A stretch of 64,000 nt of DNA from a virus. The translations under genes were made by a program, and so were the position numbers. Of this stretch, positions 1 through 8,599 are shown piece by piece. The stretch lies in the IMG/VR virus record IMGVR_UViG_3300037704_000085, positions 26,834 to 90,833 of that record. One strand, given 5' to 3'. Each line of letters begins with the position of its first letter. The stretch's first letter is position 1. The notes beneath the pieces are model-generated. The model was not told the origin of the DNA, did no database searches, and saw only the letters and a list, made by a program, of their open reading frames with translations.

Positions 1-2
1 AC

Positions 3-395
3 TTGAACAAAGACGCGGAAGGCATGAAGGCGCTGCTGACTCGCGCCTGCTGCTATCTGCAAGACATCAGCGGAATCGCCGGCAAGGCCATCGTCATCAA
101 TGCGAGGAAACAAACCAACGACGTGCAGGCGGTCATTCAGCAGCGCGACGACCTGCTGGCAGCAATGGAGGATATTGCCAGCCAGATGCGCAAGGCCGGC
201 GCAAGCGTTCCAGCCCCGGAAAACAAAGGGACCATCGAAAGCGCGATGGCTACCGGATTGAGCCTTGGCCTGCTGCTGGTTCAAGACGCTATTGCCAGCG
301 CCAGAAAAGCGTATGGAATGTGCTACTACGCCCCGGACGGCACGCTGATGAACCCGGACGGTACGCGCAGCATCTTTGACGACGTAGACCAATGA
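3..395 (+). CDS. hypothetical phage protein (may be 5-prime truncated)
   Basis: ORF whose stop overlaps the next start (ATGA at 392-395). Confidence 0.6.
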   Translation: MNKDAEGMKALLTRACCYLQDISGIAGKAIVINARKQTNDVQAVIQQRDDLLAAMEDIASQMRKAGASVPAPENKGTIESAMATGLSLGLLLVQDAIASARKAYGMCYYAPDGTLMNPDGTRSIFDDVDQ

Positions 396-574
396 GCCCA
401 GAAACCGCCCGCTGCTTTGCCCTGATCGTCGCGGCACAAGCGCGCATCGCTGGCATGTCGGCAGAAAACCAACTGGCCGCAGCCGTGGGCAATTCACCGC
501 CCTACGGCGAGGCCGCTTTTAACAACGAGGCCGGCCACATGGAACAGATTGCCCAACAGGTGATCAACCAATGA
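392..574 (+). CDS. hypothetical phage protein
   Basis: ATGA overlaps at both ends, tightly packed operon. Confidence 0.65.
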   Translation: MSPETARCFALIVAAQARIAGMSAENQLAAAVGNSPPYGEAAFNNEAGHMEQIAQQVINQ

Positions 575-942
575 GCCGCGCCGAGTGGGTAGAGCGCCAC
601 CTGAAGCGCACGCTGACCGAGTTTCAGCGCAGCGCCGTCGAACTGATCTGCGAGGCGCAGCGTTGTGGGCCGTATGACTTCACCCAAACCTTTGATCACG
701 CCGATTGGGAGTATGGTATCGGCGTGCGCTTCCTGATCGGCCCGAAGTGCCTGTCGACATGGGATAGCAACGGTCTGACCAATCTCGTCATCGGCGCGCA
801 CGACCGCTGTATCAGGGTCGAAATCGAGCCCTGCAACTTCTCGCGAATCGCGGTCATCATGCACCCGCGAGAGCGCGACAAGCCATCCATGTGTCAGCGC
901 CATCCGACCATCGAGCAGGCGATTGAAATCTACCGATCATGA
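571..942 (+). CDS. hypothetical phage protein
   Basis: ATGA coupling; protein-like sequence (STWDSNGLTNLVIGAHDRCIRVEIEP). Confidence 0.75.
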   Translation: MSRAEWVERHLKRTLTEFQRSAVELICEAQRCGPYDFTQTFDHADWEYGIGVRFLIGPKCLSTWDSNGLTNLVIGAHDRCIRVEIEPCNFSRIAVIMHPRERDKPSMCQRHPTIEQAIEIYRS

Positions 943-1139
943 GCGAGATTATTTTGGCCGGGCATGTCTTCGAACAGCGCGACTTGATCGAACGGGCGCT
1001 GCGCAACTTGCGGCGCAGTCGCGGCAGTCGTTCAAAAGAACGCTGGGTCGCCGTGATGGAGACTTTTGCCGTGGGTAGCACCGTAGCGCACGCGCTTTGT
1101 CATGAGTTCAACTTGGACCCGGAGGAAAAAATCAAATGA
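939..1139 (+). CDS. small hypothetical phage protein
   Basis: ATGA coupling. Confidence 0.7.
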   Translation: MSEIILAGHVFEQRDLIERALRNLRRSRGSRSKERWVAVMETFAVGSTVAHALCHEFNLDPEEKIK

Positions 1140-1531
1140 ACCAGAACACCCCACCAATGCGGATATTTGGCATGCGCGTCTTCGCCAATCCGCTGCTTGA
1201 TCCCAAGCCGAAGGTCGCGTTTTCGCCGGCCTGTCCGGCGTCCGACCAGTGCCGCGCAGAGTTCAACGCGTGGGCGCTGAAGCTGTTCGGCATGACGGAA
1301 GCGCAGTGCATCGTCAGCAAACCTCTGAACGCAGTTTTCTGCGGGGCATCGATCTACGAGAAGCTGAAGGAAGCGACGCAGACCAGCGGCACGGCGACGA
1401 CGGCTGAGACAAAAGCGCCGAGCGTCAAGGACATCGAACGGTCGGTGAAAGAACTGCGGGCACTGCGCGCCAAGAGCAACATCGTCGCCAACGATCCGGG
1501 CGACTATAGCCCGTTCATTCGCCCATATTGA
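1136..1531 (+). CDS. hypothetical phage protein
   Basis: GGAGG SD and ATGA overlap. Confidence 0.7.
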   Translation: MNQNTPPMRIFGMRVFANPLLDPKPKVAFSPACPASDQCRAEFNAWALKLFGMTEAQCIVSKPLNAVFCGASIYEKLKEATQTSGTATTAETKAPSVKDIERSVKELRALRAKSNIVANDPGDYSPFIRPY

Positions 1532-1537
1532 CCTGAT

Positions 1538-1579
1538 CGGAAAGCAACCCAGAAGCCCATGCCCGGACGCCCCTATGAT
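1538..1579 (+). promoter_or_regulatory. putative late promoter (CGGAAAG ... TATGAT) for the portal operon
   Basis: CGGAAAG at 1538, TATGAT at 1574; same 36-nt offset as five other sites. Confidence 0.75.
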
Positions 1580-1605
1580 GCAAGCTGTGCAATTTGGGGC
1601 GCGGC

Positions 1606-3204
1606 ATGGCAAAAGATCAACAATCAGCGGGCTTGTGGCAGAAAGCCAAGGCATGGCTCGCCGGTAACGACAAGGCCGGAGAAATCAGGGAATTGGACGC
1701 TGGTTTCGAAGGCGTGTCCGTGTCCATGCTGCTGGGCAGCGGCAAGCGCTCCTCTAGGTCCCGCGCGTTCCTGTACGAGAACTACCACTACATGGCCGGC
1801 GACGGGATTATCTCGTCGGCGATCCGCCTGCACGTCACGCAAGCGCTGGGCGGGCACGAAACGACCGGCGACGTGGTGTTCATCGAGCCGGTGGCCGAGG
1901 ATGCGACCGGCGAGCCGAAACGCATTGTCGAAGAGCTTCAAAGAGACCTTGGCCCGCTGTTCAACCGCGTGGCCTACCCGACCGCCTTCAATGGTGCGAC
2001 CTTCGGAGACGCCTACGCGCGCATTTATGCCAAGGACAAATTCGGCGTGGTCGATCTGTGTTGCGACGAAATGGTCTATCCGCCACTGGTGCAACCATTC
2101 GAACAAGGCAACCGCACGGTCGGCTACACCATCAGCACCGGCACCAAATTCACCGAGAAGCTGAGCGTCAAGCAGATGGCGCGCATGAAGATGCCGCGCA
2201 TGCTTTACGTCGCGCAAAACCGTGTGATCGAAAAGTCGATGCGCATCGCCATTCAAGAGGATGACATCGACAAGTTGCCGATCCTGCCGGCGCTGGTCGG
2301 TGGTTCCTTCCTTGATGCGGCCGAAGAGTCTTATTACAACCTGATTTCCGCCCTGACCGGACTGGTCGGCCAGCGCGTGTTGAACTCCATTGACGAATCG
2401 ATGATCGGCGTCAACATGGAGTCGATGACGGTCGAGCAGCGCAAGGAGTTCATGGGCTCGCTGAAGGCCATGCTGACCAACAGCAAGGCCCGCGCCGAAA
2501 AGGCCGTCAAGGACGGCAAGCCGGTCCTTGAGCGCCTGTATCACATCATGCCGACGTTCAACGAAAAGCAGATGACGCGGATCGAAGGCTTCCAAGGCGG
2601 GTCCGGCGGCGCGAACATTAGCATTGACGACGTGATGCTGCACGCCAAGATGCTGGCCGGCGCGCTGGGTATCGACCTGTCAATGCTGGGCTTCTCCGAC
2701 ATCCTCTCCGGCGGCTTGGGTGATGGCGGTTTCTTCCGCGTGTCGGCGCAAGCGGCCGAGCGCAGCCGGATCATCCGCAACGCGCTCTCCAAGTTCTTTG
2801 ATGACGTGATCGACATTCACACGTTGAACAAATACGGATTCGTGTTCGCCGATGGCGAGCGGCCGTACAAGGTTAATTTCTACGGCTCGATTTCGGCACT
2901 CGAAACCGAGAAGCAGCACACCAAAGAAACGGCGACGAACACCGCCATGGCGCTGGTCACGGTGCTGACGCAACTGCGCGACTTGGGTATGAAGCCGGAA
3001 GCGAACGAGCATATTTTTTCGAAAGTCATGCAGATGGACAAGGACGCCGCCAAGCTGCTGGCCGAAGGGATCAAGAACGCCAAGCCGCCGGGCAACGAGG
3101 ACGGCATGGGCGGCTTCGGCGGCGGCGCACCGGGGCAACCCGGCGGCATTCCGCCGTTAGAAGACACGGGCGACGAACCGCCCGACAATCGCGTACTGCA
3201 ATAA
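1606..3204 (+). CDS. prt: portal protein (P1 Prt-like)
   Basis: about 530 aa, first gene of the head operon, precedes the protease; FGDAYARIY and LAGALGIDLSMLG portal-like segments, Gly/Pro-rich tail. Confidence 0.8.
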   Translation: MAKDQQSAGLWQKAKAWLAGNDKAGEIRELDAGFEGVSVSMLLGSGKRSSRSRAFLYENYHYMAGDGIISSAIRLHVTQALGGHETTGDVVFIEPVAEDATGEPKRIVEELQRDLGPLFNRVAYPTAFNGATFGDAYARIYAKDKFGVVDLCCDEMVYPPLVQPFEQGNRTVGYTISTGTKFTEKLSVKQMARMKMPRMLYVAQNRVIEKSMRIAIQEDDIDKLPILPALVGGSFLDAAEESYYNLISALTGLVGQRVLNSIDESMIGVNMESMTVEQRKEFMGSLKAMLTNSKARAEKAVKDGKPVLERLYHIMPTFNEKQMTRIEGFQGGSGGANISIDDVMLHAKMLAGALGIDLSMLGFSDILSGGLGDGGFFRVSAQAAERSRIIRNALSKFFDDVIDIHTLNKYGFVFADGERPYKVNFYGSISALETEKQHTKETATNTAMALVTVLTQLRDLGMKPEANEHIFSKVMQMDKDAAKLLAEGIKNAKPPGNEDGMGGFGGGAPGQPGGIPPLEDTGDEPPDNRVLQ

Positions 3205-3213
3205 GGATTGACG

Positions 3214-4089
3214 ATGGCAACCACGACCAAACGCATTAGCTTCAACGTCACGAACCGCCACCGGAAGTTTCGCGGCCAGAACCGCAACTTCGACACGGCC
3301 GCGCTCGCGGCGCTGATCAACGGCGGCGAGACACAGGAAAAGGTCAAGCACCGCGACATGCTGGGCTACTTCGGTCACTGGCCGCGCGTGCGCTTCGGCA
3401 TGAACCCCGGCGAGGGCGCGATTCTCGACGGCAAGCACGTTTCGATTGAGCCGGCGATTGTGACGACGCACCTGAAGGCGTTGCCGGATGGCACCATCGA
3501 ACACGAAACCGAGTTTCTCGATACCGCGTCCGGCCGGCTGGCTGAGCGCCTGTACCTGTCGAATGCCGGCGGCTTCAGTTCGGCCATCGACACCCGCAAG
3601 TGCGGCGACAAGCAGGTGCCGTTGGGCTTCTACGGCTTCGACTACGTGTTGGAGCCGAACTTCACCAAGAATCGCGGCTATGACGTGGCGCTCGACGGCG
3701 TTCAGGACGAGGCGATGCTAATGATGCTGGACGACGTGGCCGAGTATCGCGGCATGTTCGACGCCATCAACGGCCTGTACGACTCGCTGCAAGGGGCCTA
3801 CGACCTGCAAAGCGCGGCGATGCAGCGCGTGGTCGAAGAAAACGAAACCCTCATGTCGATGCTCGCCAAGCAGGGGCGCTCGCCGCATGCGCTGGCGCTC
3901 GACGGGATCGAGGCCGAAGCCTTCGGCGGCGGCGAAAGCCGCGTGCTGCGCGTATCGGATCGGTTCATGGCGACCGACATCAAGGACTTGCCGGGGTTTC
4001 AGGCGCTCGATTCGGTGGCCGAGGAAGAGCGCAAGGCCGAAGAAAAGGCCAAGCCGACTGACAACCTGCTGCACCGCATGTTTCGCTAA
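3214..4089 (+). CDS. pro: prohead maturation protease (P1 Pro / T4 gp21-like)
   Basis: candidate catalytic motifs LGYFGH, GGFSSA and FDYVLEPNF; follows portal. Confidence 0.8.
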   Translation: MATTTKRISFNVTNRHRKFRGQNRNFDTAALAALINGGETQEKVKHRDMLGYFGHWPRVRFGMNPGEGAILDGKHVSIEPAIVTTHLKALPDGTIEHETEFLDTASGRLAERLYLSNAGGFSSAIDTRKCGDKQVPLGFYGFDYVLEPNFTKNRGYDVALDGVQDEAMLMMLDDVAEYRGMFDAINGLYDSLQGAYDLQSAAMQRVVEENETLMSMLAKQGRSPHALALDGIEAEAFGGGESRVLRVSDRFMATDIKDLPGFQALDSVAEEERKAEEKAKPTDNLLHRMFR

Positions 4090-4092
4090 GCC

Positions 4093-6294
4093 ATGGCCGC
4101 GCTGAAGCACGACAAGGACGGCTTCCTGCAAGGGGAGCCGGTTGCCATTGAATCGCAGAACTTCGCCAAGGCGCTCGAAGTCTGGTCGTCCATCAAGAGC
4201 GACACGGCGGCGATTCGCGCCGCGCTGACTGGCAGCAAAGAGGGGACGAAGACCGCAGCGACGCCGACGCCGAGGATCACGCTCGCCCCGGTCATTGCCT
4301 TCCCGGTGAGGAACGCAAGGCCGGACGCCGAGCGCGCCGCGCCGCAATTGGCCGAGCGCCGTGAAGTGGTGCGCGCCGCCCGCGCGCCGCAGCCGCGAGA
4401 CAGTCTCGGCCGCTTCGTGGTCGCGCCATCGCAGCCGGTGATCAACGCCGGCAGTCGGTTTGCGACGCCGGTCCCGGTCGATGCGGTCGGCGATGGCGCT
4501 GTTCCGGTTGCTGTTCCGGTTGCTGCGCCAGTTGTGCCGCAGGATGTGATGACGGGCGCGGTGCCGGTTGCGATTCCGGTCCCGGCCAACAAAACCAAGC
4601 GCGAAGTCCAGAACCGCGAGCGCGGCAGCGACGGCCGGTTCGCAGGCGACCCCAAGGACGAAGGCTCCAGCCGCGTTGGCGGTGACGGTCCATTGGGTCG
4701 GGCGGCAGACGCGATCAGCAACGCGGCCGGCGAACTGCGCGGCCTGACCGATGGCACCGAACAGATTGACCCGGCAATTGCAGCAACCAAGGAAGTCGGC
4801 GATATCGTCAAGCCGGCGATCACGGCCGCGAGTTCGGTGGCGAAGAGCGTTTTCGGTTTCTTCGGCAAGAAAGACGACCCCGCCGCCGAGGCCATCGAAA
4901 AGACCATTCCTTGGCACAAGCGCATTTTTAAGGTACTGCGCAGCATTGAGACCGCCAGCAACGCCGATGTAGGCGGCGGCGGTGGTTTGCTGGCGATGAT
5001 TTTCGGCGGGCTGATGGCGGCGATTGGCTCCGGCGTCGCGGCGGTCAAGTCGTTGCCGCTGATGATCGGCCGCATGGTCGGCGGCTTCGGCGGCTTCCTG
5101 AAGGTGTTGGGCTGGGCCGGCAAGGTCATCGGCAAGCTGGCGCTGCCGGCGATGATGATCTATTCGGCATTCAAGTCGCTTTTCACGTCGACCGAAGAGT
5201 TCGCCAAGCGCATGGGCATGAATGCCGGCGAAGGCTTCTTCAAAGACTTGGCGATCCGCTTCATGGGGACGCTGGGCGATCTGGGTAACACGATCACCTT
5301 CGGGCTGGCCGGCAAGTTCGGCGAGGCCATCGCGCCGGCTGTGGCGTCGATGGTGGAGGGCATCGTCAATGCGTGGAACGGCGCGCTCGACGGCATGGCG
5401 GCAGTCTGGCAGGGCATCACCGATACGTGGAACTTCACTATTGACTGGTGGAAAGGCGCGTGGGATAGCTCGCTGGGCGCGGTCGTGGAAGTGGTCGATG
5501 CGGTCAAGAACTGGCTTTCGAACAAGGTCGGCGGTGCGAAGAAAGCCGTTAGCGAGACATGGAGCGCCGTCAAGGGCTCCGCGTCCGAGGCGTGGGACAA
5601 GGCCAAGAGTGCGGTCGGCAAGGTGCTGGAGACCGGGGCCGGGTACAACGTGGTGCAGCGCCCGGATGGCACGGTGGAGCGGCAGGAAGGGGCGCGCAAC
5701 TGGCGCAACAACAACCCCGGCAACATCGAGGCCGGCGACTTCGCAACCAAGATGGGCGCGGTCGGGACCGATGGCCGGTTCGCGATCTTCCCCGATTACC
5801 AGACCGGGCGCAGCGCCAAGGAAAAGCTGATTTTCGAGGGCGGCAACTACAAGAACAAGACGCTGACCGAGGCTATCGCGCGCTATGCTCCGGCCGGCGA
5901 GAACGATACCGGCCGCTATCAAAAAACCGTGCTGGGCGCGGTCGGCGGCGCGAACAAACCCATGGCGGAATACACGCCGCAGGAACGCGGCGCGATCATG
6001 GACGCCATGGAGCGCGTCGAGGGCTTCCAAGTCGGCAGAACTTCGGTGCTGTCGCGTATGTCATCGACCGCCCCGTCGCTGGCCCTGCCGCGCCTGCCGC
6101 CCTTCAGCGCAACCGCCGCGCTCTCCGGTGCGGCGCGGCAAGTGCCAGCCGCCCCGGCAACGGCGATGCCGCTGGCGTCGAATGCGGGAGCGCCCAACGT
6201 CAACGTCCGCCTCCCGCAAGAGCTTTCGCAGAACGTTTCGGACCGGGGCGTAGCGCATATCGCGACCGGCGGCATGGGCTATTTCAACAGGTGA
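4093..6294 (+). CDS. tail tape measure protein with C-terminal lysozyme-like domain (Sit-like)
   Basis: Trp-periodic helical repeats, hydrophobic segments, RNNNPGNI...GRFAIF...YAPAGEND lysozyme-like domain. Confidence 0.75.
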   Translation: MAALKHDKDGFLQGEPVAIESQNFAKALEVWSSIKSDTAAIRAALTGSKEGTKTAATPTPRITLAPVIAFPVRNARPDAERAAPQLAERREVVRAARAPQPRDSLGRFVVAPSQPVINAGSRFATPVPVDAVGDGAVPVAVPVAAPVVPQDVMTGAVPVAIPVPANKTKREVQNRERGSDGRFAGDPKDEGSSRVGGDGPLGRAADAISNAAGELRGLTDGTEQIDPAIAATKEVGDIVKPAITAASSVAKSVFGFFGKKDDPAAEAIEKTIPWHKRIFKVLRSIETASNADVGGGGGLLAMIFGGLMAAIGSGVAAVKSLPLMIGRMVGGFGGFLKVLGWAGKVIGKLALPAMMIYSAFKSLFTSTEEFAKRMGMNAGEGFFKDLAIRFMGTLGDLGNTITFGLAGKFGEAIAPAVASMVEGIVNAWNGALDGMAAVWQGITDTWNFTIDWWKGAWDSSLGAVVEVVDAVKNWLSNKVGGAKKAVSETWSAVKGSASEAWDKAKSAVGKVLETGAGYNVVQRPDGTVERQEGARNWRNNNPGNIEAGDFATKMGAVGTDGRFAIFPDYQTGRSAKEKLIFEGGNYKNKTLTEAIARYAPAGENDTGRYQKTVLGAVGGANKPMAEYTPQERGAIMDAMERVEGFQVGRTSVLSRMSSTAPSLALPRLPPFSATAALSGAARQVPAAPATAMPLASNAGAPNVNVRLPQELSQNVSDRGVAHIATGGMGYFNR

Positions 6295-6298
6295 GGCA

Positions 6299-6604
6299 AT
6301 GCAGAACATCGTAACCGCGCAGGAAGTGCAAGGCATGGTCAGTCACTGGCTGGCAACGCCGGTCAATGGCTACTTGGGGTCGAGCTACGGCAACGATCTG
6401 GCCGCGCTGTTGCAGCGCCCAATGAGCGCCGGGCTGGCCGATAACTTCCTGCAAAAGATGATTACCGACATCCCGATTCTCGGCGCGTTGCCGGAAGGGT
6501 CGGTCAACATCTATCTGGTCGATAAGGCCGGGTACAACGACAAAAAAGAACTGACGCTGGAAATTCTTGGCGACTTGATTCCTCTCGGACTGGTGAATGC
6601 TTGA
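6299..6604 (+). CDS. baseplate wedge protein (gpW/gp25-like)
   Basis: about 100 aa, WLATPVNGYLGSSYG motif, directly upstream of the J-like gene. Confidence 0.65.
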   Translation: MQNIVTAQEVQGMVSHWLATPVNGYLGSSYGNDLAALLQRPMSAGLADNFLQKMITDIPILGALPEGSVNIYLVDKAGYNDKKELTLEILGDLIPLGLVNA

Positions 6605-8010
6605 TGAAAACGAAGGCTGACTTTCAAAACGCTATCGCGGCGGCGATTTCGAACTACCCGACCGCCGCGCAGTTTTACCGCGCCAAAGACCCGCGCCTGC
6701 TGGCCCAGCTTGACGCGATGGCGACCATGCTTGCGATGCTGTCGCAGGAAATGGAAACGGCGGCGATGGAGCCTTTCACCAAGGCGCGCGACACGACCGT
6801 TCTCGCCGACGCAGCGATCAAGGGCATCCTCCCCTTCGCGCGCCCGGTGCGTATTAAGGTGACCATCGACAACACCCGCGCCGAAGCGCTGAACGTGCCC
6901 GCAGGACGGCGCTTGCTGGATGCGCAGGGGCGTATCTACGTGGTCGATCAGGGCGCGGTCATTGCGGGGCTGGGCAGCGGCTTCGTGACGGCCGTTCAGA
7001 AGACCGAAGCCGCCTTTGAACATACGGTCTCGGCGTCGCAGCCGTTCTACGCCATCGACATCCCGCAACCGGAAGGTGGCAAGTTCATCGCCGAGGTCAG
7101 GCTATCGATTGGCGGCGTACCGTTTGTCTTCGCCGAGGATTTCGTGAACGTGGCGATTGACGACAAGACGTTCCATCTGGAAACCGACGAATACCGGACG
7201 CTGAAGATTGTTTTCGGCGCGGCCGAGATTGCGGGCTATCAGCCGGACGTGGGCGAAGTCGCCACGGTGACCGTGGTGGAGACCGAAGGGGCCTTCGAAC
7301 TCGCGTCGGAAAGTCCTTTCTCGTTCGAGTATTCCTACTCGCTGTACGACTCCGGCGCGACGCTGAAATTCGATTCGGTGCTGACCGTGGGCGCGTCGCC
7401 ACTCGACATCGCGACGCTGCGCGAAATCACGAACTACCCGTCGGTCTACGACAGCAGCGCGGTTTATCTCGGCAACTTCGACTTCCTGATCCGCCGGCAA
7501 CTGTCGCCGCTGCGCTTCCTGTCGGTCTGGAACGAACAGACCGAGGAAAGCGTTCGCGGGGCCAACATCGACAACATCAACCGGCTGTTTGTGTCGGCGC
7601 AGGCGGACGGCATCGTGCAAGGCACCTTGGAAACCAGCATCGCCAACATCATCAAGGCAGCAGACGACTCCTACCGAATCACCTTCGTTACGCCCGTGGC
7701 GACGCAGATTGTCGTGGTGATCGACGCCGAGGTCTCTGCAATTTATGACTTTGCGGTAGTCGAGCAGCAGATTCGCGAAGTGGTCGCGGCAGAATACGGC
7801 CCCGATTCGCTGTTCGCCAAGCACGGCTCCAACCGCGTGCTTTACAAGCGGCTGTACGACATCATGACGACGCAGGTCGAAGCACTGCAAGGTAATGGCA
7901 GCGACCTGTCGCTGACCATCACCGACCCCGGCGGCAGCATCCTGCCGGAGCAGTACCGCTACATCGCCGACGCCAGCCTGACCGTCAACATCACGCAAGC
8001 GACCTTCTGA
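6604..8010 (+). CDS. baseplate wedge protein (J-like, P1 BplA-like)
   Basis: size and position; FTKARDTTVLADA and IVFG...G baseplate-like motifs. Confidence 0.7.
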   Translation: MKTKADFQNAIAAAISNYPTAAQFYRAKDPRLLAQLDAMATMLAMLSQEMETAAMEPFTKARDTTVLADAAIKGILPFARPVRIKVTIDNTRAEALNVPAGRRLLDAQGRIYVVDQGAVIAGLGSGFVTAVQKTEAAFEHTVSASQPFYAIDIPQPEGGKFIAEVRLSIGGVPFVFAEDFVNVAIDDKTFHLETDEYRTLKIVFGAAEIAGYQPDVGEVATVTVVETEGAFELASESPFSFEYSYSLYDSGATLKFDSVLTVGASPLDIATLREITNYPSVYDSSAVYLGNFDFLIRRQLSPLRFLSVWNEQTEESVRGANIDNINRLFVSAQADGIVQGTLETSIANIIKAADDSYRITFVTPVATQIVVVIDAEVSAIYDFAVVEQQIREVVAAEYGPDSLFAKHGSNRVLYKRLYDIMTTQVEALQGNGSDLSLTITDPGGSILPEQYRYIADASLTVNITQATF

Positions 8011-8011
8011 C

Positions 8012-8596
8012 ATGCTGACCGCCCTTGAGAATAGCCACTCGGCCACCGAGCTTGAGGAAGAGTTGCAGGCCCTGTTCATCGAAGTGTTTGACGACCTACT
8101 GAAGGCGCAGGCCGACGAACTGAACGTCTATGGCATGCCGCATTTGGGCTCAAGCAGCCTGATTGCCAAGAACCTCAAGGCCGATCAACTGACCATCTTG
8201 CAAGACGAGGAATACCGCGTTCGCCACCTGTTCAAAGCGTGGCGGCACCAGAACCCGGAACGGGGCCTGCATTTCTTGCGGACCTACCTGCAAACCCTGT
8301 GGGGGAATAGCTGGACCGTCGAGCAGCTTTGGCAGAAAAAAGCCGATCCGTACCCGACGAACCTGAAGGAAAAAAGCCAGATTTTGGAAAGCGATTATTT
8401 TCTGACATCGCGTCTGCGGGTAGATTTAGATGCTGCGGACATCGTTCCGGAAAACATCATCGTTTCATTGAAAACGGCCGTCGCGGCGCGTTTCGTTTTG
8501 CAGCTTCGTATCGCCAAGTTTGCCCAAACCACTATTCGCTTGGGAACGGTGTTTAGCCAAGTGGCTTGCGTTATCCATACCGAATCAGGAGCCTGA
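8012..8596 (+). CDS. baseplate protein (I-like)
   Basis: lies between the J-like gene and the tail fibre; RGLHFLRTYL motif. Confidence 0.6.
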   Translation: MLTALENSHSATELEEELQALFIEVFDDLLKAQADELNVYGMPHLGSSSLIAKNLKADQLTILQDEEYRVRHLFKAWRHQNPERGLHFLRTYLQTLWGNSWTVEQLWQKKADPYPTNLKEKSQILESDYFLTSRLRVDLDAADIVPENIIVSLKTAVAARFVLQLRIAKFAQTTIRLGTVFSQVACVIHTESGA

Positions 8597-8599
8597 CCC

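Noticed and set aside
3718-6030. Long antisense and alternate-frame ORFs (for example 770 aa here, also 34383-35753 and 38157-39494)
   Set aside because: Shadow ORFs caused by high GC3 codon bias opposite clear genes; low-complexity Arg/Ala/Gly-rich translations
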